Assembly: GCA_041859795.1 (NCBI GenBank) | Contig: JBFLFV010000010.1 | Span: 19,648 to 83,647, forward strand | Direction of reading: 5' to 3' | DNA from: Fermentimonas sp. | Lineage (GTDB): Bacteria > Bacteroidota > Bacteroidia > Bacteroidales > Dysgonomonadaceae | DNA: 64,000 nt | Shown: piece by piece, positions 39,878 through 50,914 of the stretch | Layout of the letters: every line of letters begins with the position of its first letter | Position numbering within the stretch: the first letter of the stretch is position 1 | Notes under the pieces: generated by a model | The model's database searches: none | Seen by the model: only the letters and a program-made list of their open reading frames with translations | Told to the model about the DNA's origin: nothing | Made by a program: the position numbers and the translations under genes

Positions 39878-40897
39878 ATGAATAACTTATTTGTTTATTT
39901 AGAAATTGAAGATGGTGTTGTAGCCGATGTTAGCTTGGAATTACTTACCAAAGGGCGTAATTTGGCCAACCAATTAAACTGTAAACTTGAAGCCATAGCT
40001 GCTAGCGCAGTTATTGATAATATAGATCAGCAGGTATTTCCATATGGAGTTGATGTTTTGCATATATTTAAAGATGAACGTCTTTCTCCATATACAACTC
40101 TTCCACACACATCAATACTTGTAGAATTATTTAAAGTAGAGAAACCTCAAATTTGTCTTTTGGGAGCAACAATAGTTGGGCGTGACCTTGGCCCCAGAGT
40201 TTCTTCAGCTCTGGGAAGTGGGCTTACTGCTGACTGTACATCACTTGAAATTGGTAATCACGAAAACAAAAAAGAGGGAAAAGTTTATGAAAACTTACTT
40301 TATCAAATACGCCCTGCTTTTGGAGGTAATATTGTAGCAAATATTATTAACCCGGATCATCGCCCTCAAATGGCAACTGTGCGCGAAGGGGTAATGAAAA
40401 AAGAGATCTTTAATCTAAACTACAAGGGTGAAATTGTTGAGCATGATGTAAATGACTATGTGAAAGATGAGGATTTTGTAGTGAAAATTATTGATCGCCA
40501 TATCGAGAAATCAAAAGTTAATATTAAAAATTCACCAATAATTATTTCTGGTGGATATGGGGTTGGATCAAAAGAAAATTTCGATTTACTATATAAACTT
40601 GCTGATATTCTTGGTGCTGAAGTAGGTGCATCTCGAGCAGCCGTAGATGCCGGCTTTGCAGAACAAGAACGTCAAATTGGTCAAACAGGAGTAACTGTAC
40701 GTCCTAAAGTATACATAGCTTGTGGTATATCAGGTCAGATACAACATATAGCCGGTATGCAAGAGAGCTCTATTATCATATCAGTAAACAGTGATAAAGA
40801 TGCACCCATTAATTCAATTGCTGATTATGTGATAAATGGGGAAGTAGAAACTGTAATACCAAAGATGATAAAATATTACAAAAAAAATACAAAGTAA
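39878..40897 (+). CDS. etfA: Electron transfer flavoprotein alpha subunit
   Basis: GLTADCT, RPAFGGN, GASRAAVD, QIGQTG, GISGQIQH. Confidence 0.96.
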   Translation: MNNLFVYLEIEDGVVADVSLELLTKGRNLANQLNCKLEAIAASAVIDNIDQQVFPYGVDVLHIFKDERLSPYTTLPHTSILVELFKVEKPQICLLGATIVGRDLGPRVSSALGSGLTADCTSLEIGNHENKKEGKVYENLLYQIRPAFGGNIVANIINPDHRPQMATVREGVMKKEIFNLNYKGEIVEHDVNDYVKDEDFVVKIIDRHIEKSKVNIKNSPIIISGGYGVGSKENFDLLYKLADILGAEVGASRAAVDAGFAEQERQIGQTGVTVRPKVYIACGISGQIQHIAGMQESSIIISVNSDKDAPINSIADYVINGEVETVIPKMIKYYKKNTK

Positions 40898-40985
40898 CAA
40901 CCGATTAAATGTTATGATTATTTGCATTATGTAAGTAAGCAAATGGAGTAACTATTAATGGAGTAACTATTAAAGAAGAATAAAT

Positions 40986-42713
40986 ATGGCAAACTTTTAT
41001 ACAGATACACCGCAATTTCGTCATTATCTTAGTCATCCTTTAATGAAAAGAATAGTGGAATTGAGAGAAAAAAACTATACTGAAAGTGAAATATATGATT
41101 ATGCTCCCATTGATTTTGAAGATGCAATGGATAGTTATGATAAGATATTGGAGGTTGTAGGTGAAATATGCTCAGAGATAATTGATCCTAATGCAGAGGA
41201 GGTAGATCATATTGGGCCTACTGTGGATAATGGACGTGTAACGTATGCTGACAAAACTCAAGAGAATCTTGATGTACTTACTAAAGCCGGATTAATGGGA
41301 ATGCGTTTTGGTCGTAAATATGGTGGACTTAACTTCTCAATGGTCCCATATATGATGAGTGCCGACATAGTAAGTCGTGCCGACGCCAGCTTTCAAAATA
41401 TTTGGATGTTACAAGATTGCGGCGAAACAATTTATGAGTTTGGAAATGAAGAGCAGAAAAACGAATATATTCCAAGAGTTGTAAATGGCGAGACAATGTC
41501 AATGGATTTGACAGAACCAGATGCAGGATCAGATCTTCAAGCTGTAATGTTAAAAGCAACATATAATGAAAAAGAAGATCAGTGGTATCTAAATGGAGTA
41601 AAACGTTTCATCACAAATGGTGACGCTGATATTCACCTTGTACTTGCAAGATCAGAAGAAGGCACTAAAGACGCACGTGGTTTATCAATGTTTGTCTACG
41701 ACAAGAATAACGGTGGTGTTAATGTTCGTCGTATCGAAAATAAAATGGGTATAAAGGGTGCTCCAACTTGTGAGTTAGTATACAAAAATGCAAAAGCTGA
41801 ATTAGTTGGAAGTCGTCGTTTAGGTTTGATACGATACGTAATGTCACTTATGAATGGTGCTCGACTCGGCATTATAGCACAATCAGTAGGTATTTCAGAG
41901 GCAGCAACACGCGAAGCTCATAAATATGCAATAGAGCGACGTCAATTTGGCAAAGCAATTATTAACTTCCCTCCTGTTTATGAAATGCTAGCAAATATGA
42001 GAGCAAAAACTGATGCATCTCGTACTTTGTTATATGAAACTAGTCGTTTCGTTGACATGTACAAAACACTTGAAGATATTTCAAAAGAACGCAAACTCAC
42101 ACCCGAAGAAAGAGCTGAAATGAAATATTACTCAAAATTAGCAGATGCATTTACTCCGCTTGGAAAAGGAATGACAAGTGAGTATGCCAATCAAAATGCA
42201 TACGATGCTATACAAATTCATGGCGGTTCGGGATATATGAAAGATTATAAATGTGAGCGTTTATATCGTGATGCACGTATTACAAATATTTATGAAGGGA
42301 CAACTCAGCTTCAAGTAATTGCAGCAATACGTCATGTAACTACCGGAACATATCTGCAGAGAATTAAAGAATATGAAGCAATGTTAGTTTTGCCGGAGCT
42401 AGAACCACTTAAGCGTTCTCTATCAGAAATGACTCAAATGTACGAACAGCTTGTGGAAATTGTAACTTCTCCTAAAAATGAGGAATATCTTGATTTTCAC
42501 TCACGTCGTCTTGTTGAATGTGCAGCACATATTATTGGTGGACATCTACTGTTACAGGATGCAAATCATAATCAAGACCTTTTCCGTCGCAGCGCTGAGG
42601 TTTATATTCATTATGGTCAGATTGAAGTAATCAAAAACTATAATTTTATCTCTGAATCACGGTTGGAAGATATTGCTTATTATAAACCAAGTGATTTCTC
42701 TGAAGTAAAATAA
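40986..42713 (+). CDS. Acyl-CoA dehydrogenase
   Basis: LTEPDAGSD, GVKRFITNG, QIHGGSGY, YEGTTQLQ; in an operon with etfBA. Confidence 0.95.
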   Translation: MANFYTDTPQFRHYLSHPLMKRIVELREKNYTESEIYDYAPIDFEDAMDSYDKILEVVGEICSEIIDPNAEEVDHIGPTVDNGRVTYADKTQENLDVLTKAGLMGMRFGRKYGGLNFSMVPYMMSADIVSRADASFQNIWMLQDCGETIYEFGNEEQKNEYIPRVVNGETMSMDLTEPDAGSDLQAVMLKATYNEKEDQWYLNGVKRFITNGDADIHLVLARSEEGTKDARGLSMFVYDKNNGGVNVRRIENKMGIKGAPTCELVYKNAKAELVGSRRLGLIRYVMSLMNGARLGIIAQSVGISEAATREAHKYAIERRQFGKAIINFPPVYEMLANMRAKTDASRTLLYETSRFVDMYKTLEDISKERKLTPEERAEMKYYSKLADAFTPLGKGMTSEYANQNAYDAIQIHGGSGYMKDYKCERLYRDARITNIYEGTTQLQVIAAIRHVTTGTYLQRIKEYEAMLVLPELEPLKRSLSEMTQMYEQLVEIVTSPKNEEYLDFHSRRLVECAAHIIGGHLLLQDANHNQDLFRRSAEVYIHYGQIEVIKNYNFISESRLEDIAYYKPSDFSEVK

Positions 42714-42752
42714 TATATTCTAATGGAGTAGTATTAAAAATCATATAATTAC

Positions 42753-42780
42753 AAAAAGGGCTTTTTAAACGCCCTTTTTT
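42753..42780 (+). terminator. Intrinsic terminator of the etfBA-ACAD operon
   Basis: AAAAAGGGC-N9-GCCCTTTTT followed by a long T run. Confidence 0.75.
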
Positions 42781-42987
42781 TTATTTTTTTTGCATAATAT
42801 GTTTTTTTTATTTTTCTTTGTTACTGATAAATAATAAAAGCTAAATATTAATTGCCTATAAGTCCTCTTTACTCAACTTAATTAACATAACTATTTCAAT
42901 TAGTATAACATGTACATACATGTTAGCTTAAGTATTGTTGTATACTTAAATAGTTAGAATTTATAGAAAATTTTAAGTAGTAAAGAT

Positions 42988-43581
42988 ATGGACAATTTAA
43001 CTTCAAAAACCGATGAAAAATTGGTTGCCATGTATGTCAACGGCTCTGACTTTGCATTTGACATTCTCCTAAACAGGCATAAACAATTATTATATAACTA
43101 TATATTATTTAAGGTTAGAGACTCCGACCTAGCAGAAGACATTTTTCAGGACACATTTATTAAAGCTATAATAACTATCAAACAGGGAAAGTATATTGAA
43201 TCAGGAAAATTCAAAGCATGGATTATGAGAATAGCACATAATCTTATAATTGATTATTTCCGACAAAAGAGTGCTGAAAGCACCATTTCAAATGATCAGT
43301 ACGAAGTTGATTTGTTAAATAACCCTGCTCTTTGTGAAGAAACTATTGAGACAATAATGGTTAAGAGGCAAGTTATTGATGATATTAAAAAACTTATTTG
43401 CTTACTTCCTGAAACTCAGCGTGAAGTTTTAGAAATGAGGTATTATAAAGATATGAGTTTTAAGGAAATATCAGACATTACAGGTGTCAGCATCAATACA
43501 GCACTTGGAAGGATGCGATATGCAATTTTAAATATCCGCAAAATGGCATCTGACAACAAGATGATCTTAACTCTAAATTAA
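42988..43581 (+). CDS. ECF RNA polymerase sigma-70 factor
   Basis: AEDIFQDTFIK, WIMRIAHNLIIDYFR, SFKEISDITGVSINTALGRMRYA. Confidence 0.93.
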   Translation: MDNLTSKTDEKLVAMYVNGSDFAFDILLNRHKQLLYNYILFKVRDSDLAEDIFQDTFIKAIITIKQGKYIESGKFKAWIMRIAHNLIIDYFRQKSAESTISNDQYEVDLLNNPALCEETIETIMVKRQVIDDIKKLICLLPETQREVLEMRYYKDMSFKEISDITGVSINTALGRMRYAILNIRKMASDNKMILTLN

Positions 43582-43674
43582 AAGAAGTTTTGGGCATCAT
43601 TGATATAAATTTCCACACTATCAAGTCAAACTGTAATAGCTAACCATAAAATTTTAAGTGTTGAAACAAAAAAA

Positions 43675-45486
43675 GGGCTGTCTCAAAAGGTAGACAGTCT
43701 CTTTTTTTTATTTAAAATTTTCTGCAAAAAAACTATATACATCGTTGTTGTTTTAAACACTTTTACTTATCTTTATGTCTGTATATCAAACATATAAGAT
43801 ATGGCTAAACCTAAATTCAAATCTTATAACCAGGGTCAGGTTACTCTTTTTCCTCCCAGTTTGGATGAAAAAGTACCTGAAAACTCACCCGCCCGTATTA
43901 TTAATCAAATAGTAGATAGCCTAGATTTGAGTAAAGTCTTTGACACTTACAAAGGCGGTGGTACTACAGCCTATAATCCACGTATGATGCTTAAAGTTGT
44001 TCTATACAGCTATTTGAATAATATTTATTCCAGTCGTAAAATAGAACAGGCTCTCACAGACCGTGTCAGCTTCATGTGGTTATCGGGCAACCAGACTCCT
44101 GATCACAACACCATTAACCGTTTCCGCTCGTCTCATTTAAAAGACTCAATACATGAGGTTTTTACTCAGGTCGTTGTGATGCTTGTTGAAATGGGATGTT
44201 TAAGTCTTGAAGTGGCTTATGTTGACGGCACCAAGATTGAATCAAGATCTAATCGTTACACCTTTGTCTGGCGTAAGTCGATTGAAAAATACAAAGATAG
44301 ATTAGAAGAAAAGATCCATAAAATACTGGGAATGATTGAAGAAGGTATAGCCGGTGATAATAACCCTGATTATGATCCACCGAGACCATTCAACAGTGAA
44401 GAGATAAAAAAGCGTGTTGCTCAGATTAATCGGGAGAACAGAAGCAAAGAGGAACAAAAGGCAATTAAAACACTTGAGGATAAGCTTTTACCTAAATTTG
44501 AAGAGTATGAGCGCCATTTAGATACTCTGGCCAATCGCAATAGTTATTCTAAAACCGACACTGATGCAACTTTTATGCGCATGAAAGAGGATCATATGCT
44601 CAACGGCCAACTCAAGCCTGCATATAACGTTCAGATAAGTACAGAGAATCAGTTTATAAGCCATTATGATTTTTACCCAAATCCTACAGATACATTAACC
44701 TTGATTCCTTTTTTAAATAGCTTCGAGAACCGTTATAACATTTTGCCGGGTAAGGTAGTGGCTGATTCCGGTTACGGTAGTGAAGAGAATTATGAGTTTA
44801 TGCAGGAGAATGATATTGAGCCGTTTGTAAAGTTTAATTACTTCCATAAAGAACAGAAAAGAGCATTTAAAAAGAATGGCTTTCTCTCTCAGAACCTTTA
44901 CTATAACTCAGAAGAAGATTATTATGTTTGTCCAATGGGGCAGCATATGAACAAGGTAGGAAAAAAGAGAAACAAAACAGCTAGTGGATACAAATCAACA
45001 TCAACTCTTTACGAGGCAAAAAACTGTAACGGTTGTCCTTTGAAATGTCTCTGTACTAATGCAAAAGGTAACAGAAGAATAGAGGTGAATCATAACCTTA
45101 ACCGGCATAAACAGAGAATCAGAGAGCTACTGACTTCAGAAGAAGGAATTTATCATCGAAGTCAGCGTCCAATAGAGCCTGAGTCAGTGTTTGGACAAAC
45201 CAAATCAAACAAACATTACAACAGATTCAGGCATTTTAAAAAAGACAAGGTTTTAATGGACTTTGCGATCTTCGCTATTGCATTTAATATTGGAAAACTA
45301 CACTTGAAAGGGTTAGATAATAAAGGAATATGGGCTATTTTGGGGAAATATGATCAAAAAGGTGGTGTTATTTTATTTTTAGTGAAAATAGGGGTGAACT
45401 TTAAAAATTTCTCTTCAGTTAATAACTACAATCAGAAAATAGCAGCTTGAAAAATTAAAAAAGGAGCTGCCCTTTTGGAACAGCTC
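43675..45486 (+). mobile_element. IS1182 family element (ends approximate)
   Basis: Imperfect IRs GGGCTGTCTCAAAAGG / CCTTTTGGAACAGCTC; no clear TSD. Confidence 0.75.
43801..45450 (+). CDS. IS1182 family transposase
   Basis: AYNPRMMLKV, SSRKIE, PDHNTINRFR, VDGTKIE, YSKTDTDA, KPAYNVQ, ADSGY, IEPESVFG. Confidence 0.95.
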   Translation: MAKPKFKSYNQGQVTLFPPSLDEKVPENSPARIINQIVDSLDLSKVFDTYKGGGTTAYNPRMMLKVVLYSYLNNIYSSRKIEQALTDRVSFMWLSGNQTPDHNTINRFRSSHLKDSIHEVFTQVVVMLVEMGCLSLEVAYVDGTKIESRSNRYTFVWRKSIEKYKDRLEEKIHKILGMIEEGIAGDNNPDYDPPRPFNSEEIKKRVAQINRENRSKEEQKAIKTLEDKLLPKFEEYERHLDTLANRNSYSKTDTDATFMRMKEDHMLNGQLKPAYNVQISTENQFISHYDFYPNPTDTLTLIPFLNSFENRYNILPGKVVADSGYGSEENYEFMQENDIEPFVKFNYFHKEQKRAFKKNGFLSQNLYYNSEEDYYVCPMGQHMNKVGKKRNKTASGYKSTSTLYEAKNCNGCPLKCLCTNAKGNRRIEVNHNLNRHKQRIRELLTSEEGIYHRSQRPIEPESVFGQTKSNKHYNRFRHFKKDKVLMDFAIFAIAFNIGKLHLKGLDNKGIWAILGKYDQKGGVILFLVKIGVNFKNFSSVNNYNQKIAA

Positions 45487-46307
45487 CTTTTTTTTTAGGA
45501 AGGAGTTCTCATCTTTTTGCACTGATCTGATGCATATGATGATTTGTATTCAATTCTAATAATGTTTTTAAATAATCAAAGAATTTGAATATAAACTTTT
45601 TAGGTTTATACTCTCAAGTCTTTAAGCTAATACTTCAGAATTCAGATACCTTAAAAAACATCTTAGACAGTGTTTGAAGTTGACTAAGCTATCATAAAAA
45701 GCATTATATATCATTCGGCTCGATAACATTGATTCGTTTGATATTAATTTTCTGGATTTTGAAGCAGAATTAAATTACATTTTACTGTAGTTTTGTATTC
45801 AGCTTTTTGAATTCATACCATCAAATATTTTCCACAAAGGTAATTAAATGATGTATTATGGATTCGATTATTAAAAAATCATTATAGCATTTACAATCAG
45901 ATGGTTACATATATGATTAAAATTCAAAACTTTGAGGTTCTGAAAAAATATAATAAGTAATTCAAATGTTGTTACAAATACCATAATCTTAAGATATTCC
46001 ATTCAGTTCAATTGAAAATAAAAATTTTAATCTTTAATTCAAAAACATTGGAGATAGAACAAACAAGTTTGCTCTTCTCTAGAATGAAAATCTTACAGTC
46101 GGTACAAAATGTCAAAGAACTCCTAATATTTTTCAAGTACAATTTTAGTACTCATTGTTCCTATCTGTTACTTGCAAATATAGCATAAGATTTAAAACAT
46201 GTGCAAATATTTTCAGCTCTATTTATGTACAACTTGTGAACAGGTTATTAACAAGTTGTAAACAGCGCCCTGTAAGCAAGAATTGGAGCTGGTTATAAGA
46301 ATCTTAA

Positions 46308-47813
46308 GGTAGTGTAAATTAAACTGTGTCAGGTTTCATTTTTATAATTAATTTGGCATCATTTATTAATGGGTAATGCCGAGACCTGAGTTTTAGTTGG
46401 TCAAAAACGGTTAGGGGTCGATCCCCTAATCGTTTTTAACTATCAATGGTTCAAAGCTTCGCCATCGTTTTGTTGGTCATCAGCAAAACTAATTAAATAT
46501 ATTGAAATCCTTGTATTATTATTTAATTAAAATCAATAATTTAAATCTTTCAGGAAAAAGAATAGCCAGCTGCTGTGCTGTCTGACCCCAGTTGTGTAGT
46601 GGCATTACCCATTTTTTTCGGATATTGCGATAAGCCAGGTAGACTAGTTTTTTCCAATGCGGTATCGTTGGTGAATACTCCCTTATTTTTGGTCACCTTT
46701 CGTATTTGGCGATGATACCCTTCAACTATGTTGGTAGTATATATAAGACGCCTGATTGAGTCTGTATATTGAAAATAAGATGATAATTTATGCCAGTTGT
46801 CGCGCCAAGATTTAATAACCAATGGATATTGCTCACCCCAGTTCACCTCTAAATTGTCTAATTCATCTTCTGCTGTTTCACGGTTTATAGCCTGATAAAC
46901 CAGCTTGAGGTCTTTCATGAAAGCCTTTTGATACTTACTGGCAACATATTTAAGTGAGTTGCGTATCTGATGAACAATGCAGCTCTGAACAATAGTTTCA
47001 GGAAAAACGCTATTAATGGCATCCGAGAAGCCTGTCAGATTATCGGTACTGGCTATTAAAATATCTTGTACTCCACGAGTCTGCAAATCTGTAAGGACAG
47101 ATAGCCAAAAATTGGCTCCTTCACTCTTGGAGATATACATTCCTAACAGGTCTTTATGTCCGTTGCGATCAACACCAAGTACATTATAAATAGCACGAGT
47201 AGCAGGACGATTCTTGTCATCCATCACTTTGTAATGAATAGCATCCATCCATACAATGGGATAAACCGGATCAAGTGGACGAGTACGCCAGGACTGAAGC
47301 TCAGGTAGCACACGGTCAGTAATGGAGCTTATTGTGTCGGCTGAAACACGATTGCCAAGGTTCTCCTCCATCCAGTCACTGATCTCTCTGGTGCTGTTTC
47401 CAAGAGCGTATAAACCGATGATACGGTCCGCTACACCTTCTGCCAATATACGTTCGCGCTTCTTTATAAACTCAGGTTCAAACCGAGATTCTCTGTCACG
47501 AGGGGTTTGAACCGTTACCTCGCCAAGTGAGGTCTGAACTTGTTTACGGTTATAACCATTGCGGCGGTTACCACTTAAACGCTCTTCATCATCCATGTGA
47601 GCATCCATTTCACCTTCAAGAGCAGCATTAAGAAGGTTTTCCAATAAAGGGGCAAATGCACCGTCTTTGCCCAAGAGAGGCTTGCCCGATTTTAACTGCT
47701 CCAGCGCCTTAGCTTGAAAGGACTTGTAATCAAAATCTTCCATAATATAAACTGTTTAGTAAAAGTAATAAAAAATTGTTTTTATTCTTTGACACAGTTT
47801 AATTTACAGTCTC
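46308..47813 (-). mobile_element. IS256 family element
   Basis: About 24-bp IR with core TGTAAATTAAACTGTGTCA; 8-bp TSD AATCTTAA at 46300-46307 and 47814-47821. Confidence 0.93.
46550..47743 (-). pseudogene. IS256 transposase with a +1 frameshift near the C-terminus
   Basis: RRNGY, PRDR, WMDAIHYK, QSCIVHQIRN, YTTNIVE. An extra A near 46650 turns EKLVYLAY into EKTSLPG. Confidence 0.88.
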
Positions 47814-47836
47814 AATCTTAATAATAATTTTAATAT

Positions 47837-50800
47837 CTATTCATTCCAGCTTTGATAGATAATGCTTCCATTTTCGTCATCATTTTCAATTCTCAGATGA
47901 ACTTCAATTTCCTGCTGCATCTCCTCAACATGTGAAATCACTCCAACAATTCGGTTTTCTTTTCTAAGTGATTTTAATGTATCAAAAACAATATTTAGTG
48001 ACTCTTTATCAAGTGTTCCAAAACCTTCGTCAAGGAAAAAAAAGTTTTGATTTGAGTGAGTTGTTTTTTGAATATTATCAGCTAATGCCAGAGCAAGAGA
48101 TAGGGAAGCCTGAAAAGTTTGACCACCTGAAAGAGTTTTTACGCCTCTTACTTTACCCGAATTCATAAAATCTCTTATTTGGAAGTTGTTGTCTGAAGTA
48201 ATTTCAAGACTCAATTTTTGTCTTGTAAGTTGGAAAAAACGATCATTTGCAGCATTACATAAATTTTGCAGATAAACAGAAGATATATAGTTTACAAAGC
48301 CGTTTGCATTAAACAGTGTTCTCATCGTCCGTATGTTATCTGCTCTTTTTACTAGTTCTTTTAGTTCATTGCGAAGAGAAGACTGACTCTGTAATTTTTT
48401 CTTTAAATCTTCTAAACGTTCTGTTATCTTACCCTTTTCGTTAGATTTTTCTTGTTTTTCAATATTCAATAGATCTATTTTAGTTATAAGCTCCTTATGT
48501 CTCTCAGAATCATAACTCTTATCTCCAATCTCAATAATCAATTGATCAAACTCTGTTTTACTCTTTAATAAACTTTCATTATACTCTTTAATCCTTTGCT
48601 TTTCAGTATTTAAATCAATTGATTCAGATAAAATTCTTTCAACTTCATTTAATGAATTGAAGTCTGATTTCCTCAACTCTTCATTAATACTGTTTTCTAA
48701 TTTTAAAATTGTCGTTTTTTCATTCTGTAATTCTTTTTCATTGCTCTCAATTTTAACAACTAATTTATCTTTTTCATTTCTGTGCTTAATTAACTTTTCA
48801 ATACCCGAATTATATTCTCTTTCTATAAAATCAAAACGACTTGATAATTTATGTTTTTCTTCCTCAATATCTTCAATAGTTGTCTCATTATATTCTTCAG
48901 GTGTAACAACTCTAAGTTGTTTGATTAAAGTTTCAAATTCAGTATTATGTTTTGTAAGTACATTTCGTAAACTTTCAAGCCTCTCTCTTGCTTGTTCTCT
49001 TTTTTTCTCATGTAAAGCCAACTTATCAGAAACTAGAGTTATTTTCTTTTCTAAATTTGTAATCTCATTTTTTAACCTGTCAGCTTCAAAAAATGCATTG
49101 TCAAGCTCATCCTTATTCACATATTTATTCCAAACAAACTTTTTTTTATGAATATCAATCAAACGTAGTAGTTTTTCTTTATTGCTTTGATATTCAATCT
49201 TGTCACTTAAGATTATCTCAATATTATCCTCTATCTTTTCAATACTTTTATTTAGAGCTAAAATTATATTTAGTCTCTCTTCTAACTTGATAGACTCTTT
49301 TCTTATATCGTCAAGTTTGTCTTTAATATCTTCACTTTTGTTAGGTTCAGGGTGATGGAGAGAACCGCAAACCGGACAAGGAAATCCCTCTTTTAGATCT
49401 TCGGCATAAAATTTCAACTTTTCTTTAACACGCAAATGTGTTGTTTGTTCTAAAAGTTTAGTCTGTTTGTTTTTTATATTTAGCTCTTCTAATTTTAAAT
49501 AATCTCTGCAAGTTTTTAAAGTAACTTCATTAACAAGTGTTTCAAAAAATGGATTACTTATAATAAGTATTCTTTCTTTTTCAATATCTTCTTCCTTTTT
49601 TGTTGTGTTGTTTATATTGTTAGTTAATTCTGACATTTGTTTATCTAAATGCAGCATTTCGATGTGCCAGGTATTGATAGCAGACAAGAGAGAGAGGTCG
49701 GGCATATTATTACGTAAAACCTTTAATTTATCATCCAGAGTCTGCATAAGAGCTTTTAATTCTTCAACCTCCTTATTGCAGTCGGACCAAAAAGACCTCC
49801 CAATTTCCACTCTTTTCGTTTTCTCAGAAATAGCATCTTCCAATTTCTTTATATTTAATAAATTGTCAAGATCATCCACTTTAACCTTAAGATCATTTCT
49901 TTTTTCAAAATCTGGTTTTAACTTGTTTATGAATTGTTCAAGTCGCTCAATTACAAGATGCACAGAACGTAATTTCTCTTTATCTGAAACAATATCATTA
50001 TTTCTTTCTACTAATTTCTCATTGTTTTCTTGTATTCTATCGATAAGATTTTTAAATCGGTTAACACAAAGTTCATAAAGTTTTACTCTATTTTCCAGAG
50101 AAATAAAATAATCTTTTTGTTCTAATAAAATAGTAAGCTTATTCTCAGCATAAGACTTTTTTTGTATAAGTTCTTTTAAGCCTCTTAATTGCTCCTCAAG
50201 TTCACTGCTTTTTTTATGTTCTAAATTATGATTCTCAATTTCCTCTTCAAGCTTTAATAACTGGTTGCTATATGTTTCAATCAATTCCGGATTAATATCA
50301 CCCAAATTCATTAGTTGACCTTCAGCTCTGTTTTTTTGTTCGTTGTTTTTCTTTTCTAAGATGGATACTTTATTTGATAAATCATACTTTTCAAGATTGA
50401 AAAGCTCTTTCATCATCAAGGTTCTGTCTTTGTTCCCTAACTGGAGAAACTCCTGAAATTGGCCCTGGGGAATAATTACTGTTCGTTTGAAATTATTATA
50501 ACTCAAACTAATTACATCCACAAGTTCTCCTAACTCAATAACCTCCCATTTATCATCAGTTTTTTTTGAAGCTGTTCGTGTAATTACTCTTACATCATCA
50601 AAATTCTTGCTATTACGTCTTCCTTTAACAGTTGAACGATATGTTTTCTCATCTTTTCCTGCTTTAAAAATGAAATCGATTAGCAATTCATTCGATTTCA
50701 AGTTCATCATATTATAATTTCGATTATCTCTTTTGTTCAATCTGTCGGTCTCTCCATAAATAGCAAAAGTAATTGCTTCAATAATTGATGATTTACCACT

Positions 50801-50914
50801 TCCAACGCCACCAAATATCCCAAATAAACCGGCATCTGTTAGTTTTGTGAAATCGATAATTTGCTTCTTCTGATATGAATATAAACCTTGTATTGTAAGT
50901 TCAATAGGTATCAT
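47837..50914 (-). CDS. sbcC: SbcC/Rad50-like SMC nuclease ATPase subunit
   Basis: GGVGSGKSS, long coiled coil, LSGGQ signature, FFLDEGFG. Confidence 0.95.
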   Translation of the reverse strand: MIPIELTIQGLYSYQKKQIIDFTKLTDAGLFGIFGGVGSGKSSIIEAITFAIYGETDRLNKRDNRNYNMMNLKSNELLIDFIFKAGKDEKTYRSTVKGRRNSKNFDDVRVITRTASKKTDDKWEVIELGELVDVISLSYNNFKRTVIIPQGQFQEFLQLGNKDRTLMMKELFNLEKYDLSNKVSILEKKNNEQKNRAEGQLMNLGDINPELIETYSNQLLKLEEEIENHNLEHKKSSELEEQLRGLKELIQKKSYAENKLTILLEQKDYFISLENRVKLYELCVNRFKNLIDRIQENNEKLVERNNDIVSDKEKLRSVHLVIERLEQFINKLKPDFEKRNDLKVKVDDLDNLLNIKKLEDAISEKTKRVEIGRSFWSDCNKEVEELKALMQTLDDKLKVLRNNMPDLSLLSAINTWHIEMLHLDKQMSELTNNINNTTKKEEDIEKERILIISNPFFETLVNEVTLKTCRDYLKLEELNIKNKQTKLLEQTTHLRVKEKLKFYAEDLKEGFPCPVCGSLHHPEPNKSEDIKDKLDDIRKESIKLEERLNIILALNKSIEKIEDNIEIILSDKIEYQSNKEKLLRLIDIHKKKFVWNKYVNKDELDNAFFEADRLKNEITNLEKKITLVSDKLALHEKKREQARERLESLRNVLTKHNTEFETLIKQLRVVTPEEYNETTIEDIEEEKHKLSSRFDFIEREYNSGIEKLIKHRNEKDKLVVKIESNEKELQNEKTTILKLENSINEELRKSDFNSLNEVERILSESIDLNTEKQRIKEYNESLLKSKTEFDQLIIEIGDKSYDSERHKELITKIDLLNIEKQEKSNEKGKITERLEDLKKKLQSQSSLRNELKELVKRADNIRTMRTLFNANGFVNYISSVYLQNLCNAANDRFFQLTRQKLSLEITSDNNFQIRDFMNSGKVRGVKTLSGGQTFQASLSLALALADNIQKTTHSNQNFFFLDEGFGTLDKESLNIVFDTLKSLRKENRIVGVISHVEEMQQEIEVHLRIENDDENGSIIYQSWNE

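Noticed and set aside
46225-46262. TACAACTTGT...ACAAGTTGTA inverted repeat with DnaA-box-like words as an origin
   Set aside because: No consensus TTATCCACA cluster or origin context; too weak to call.
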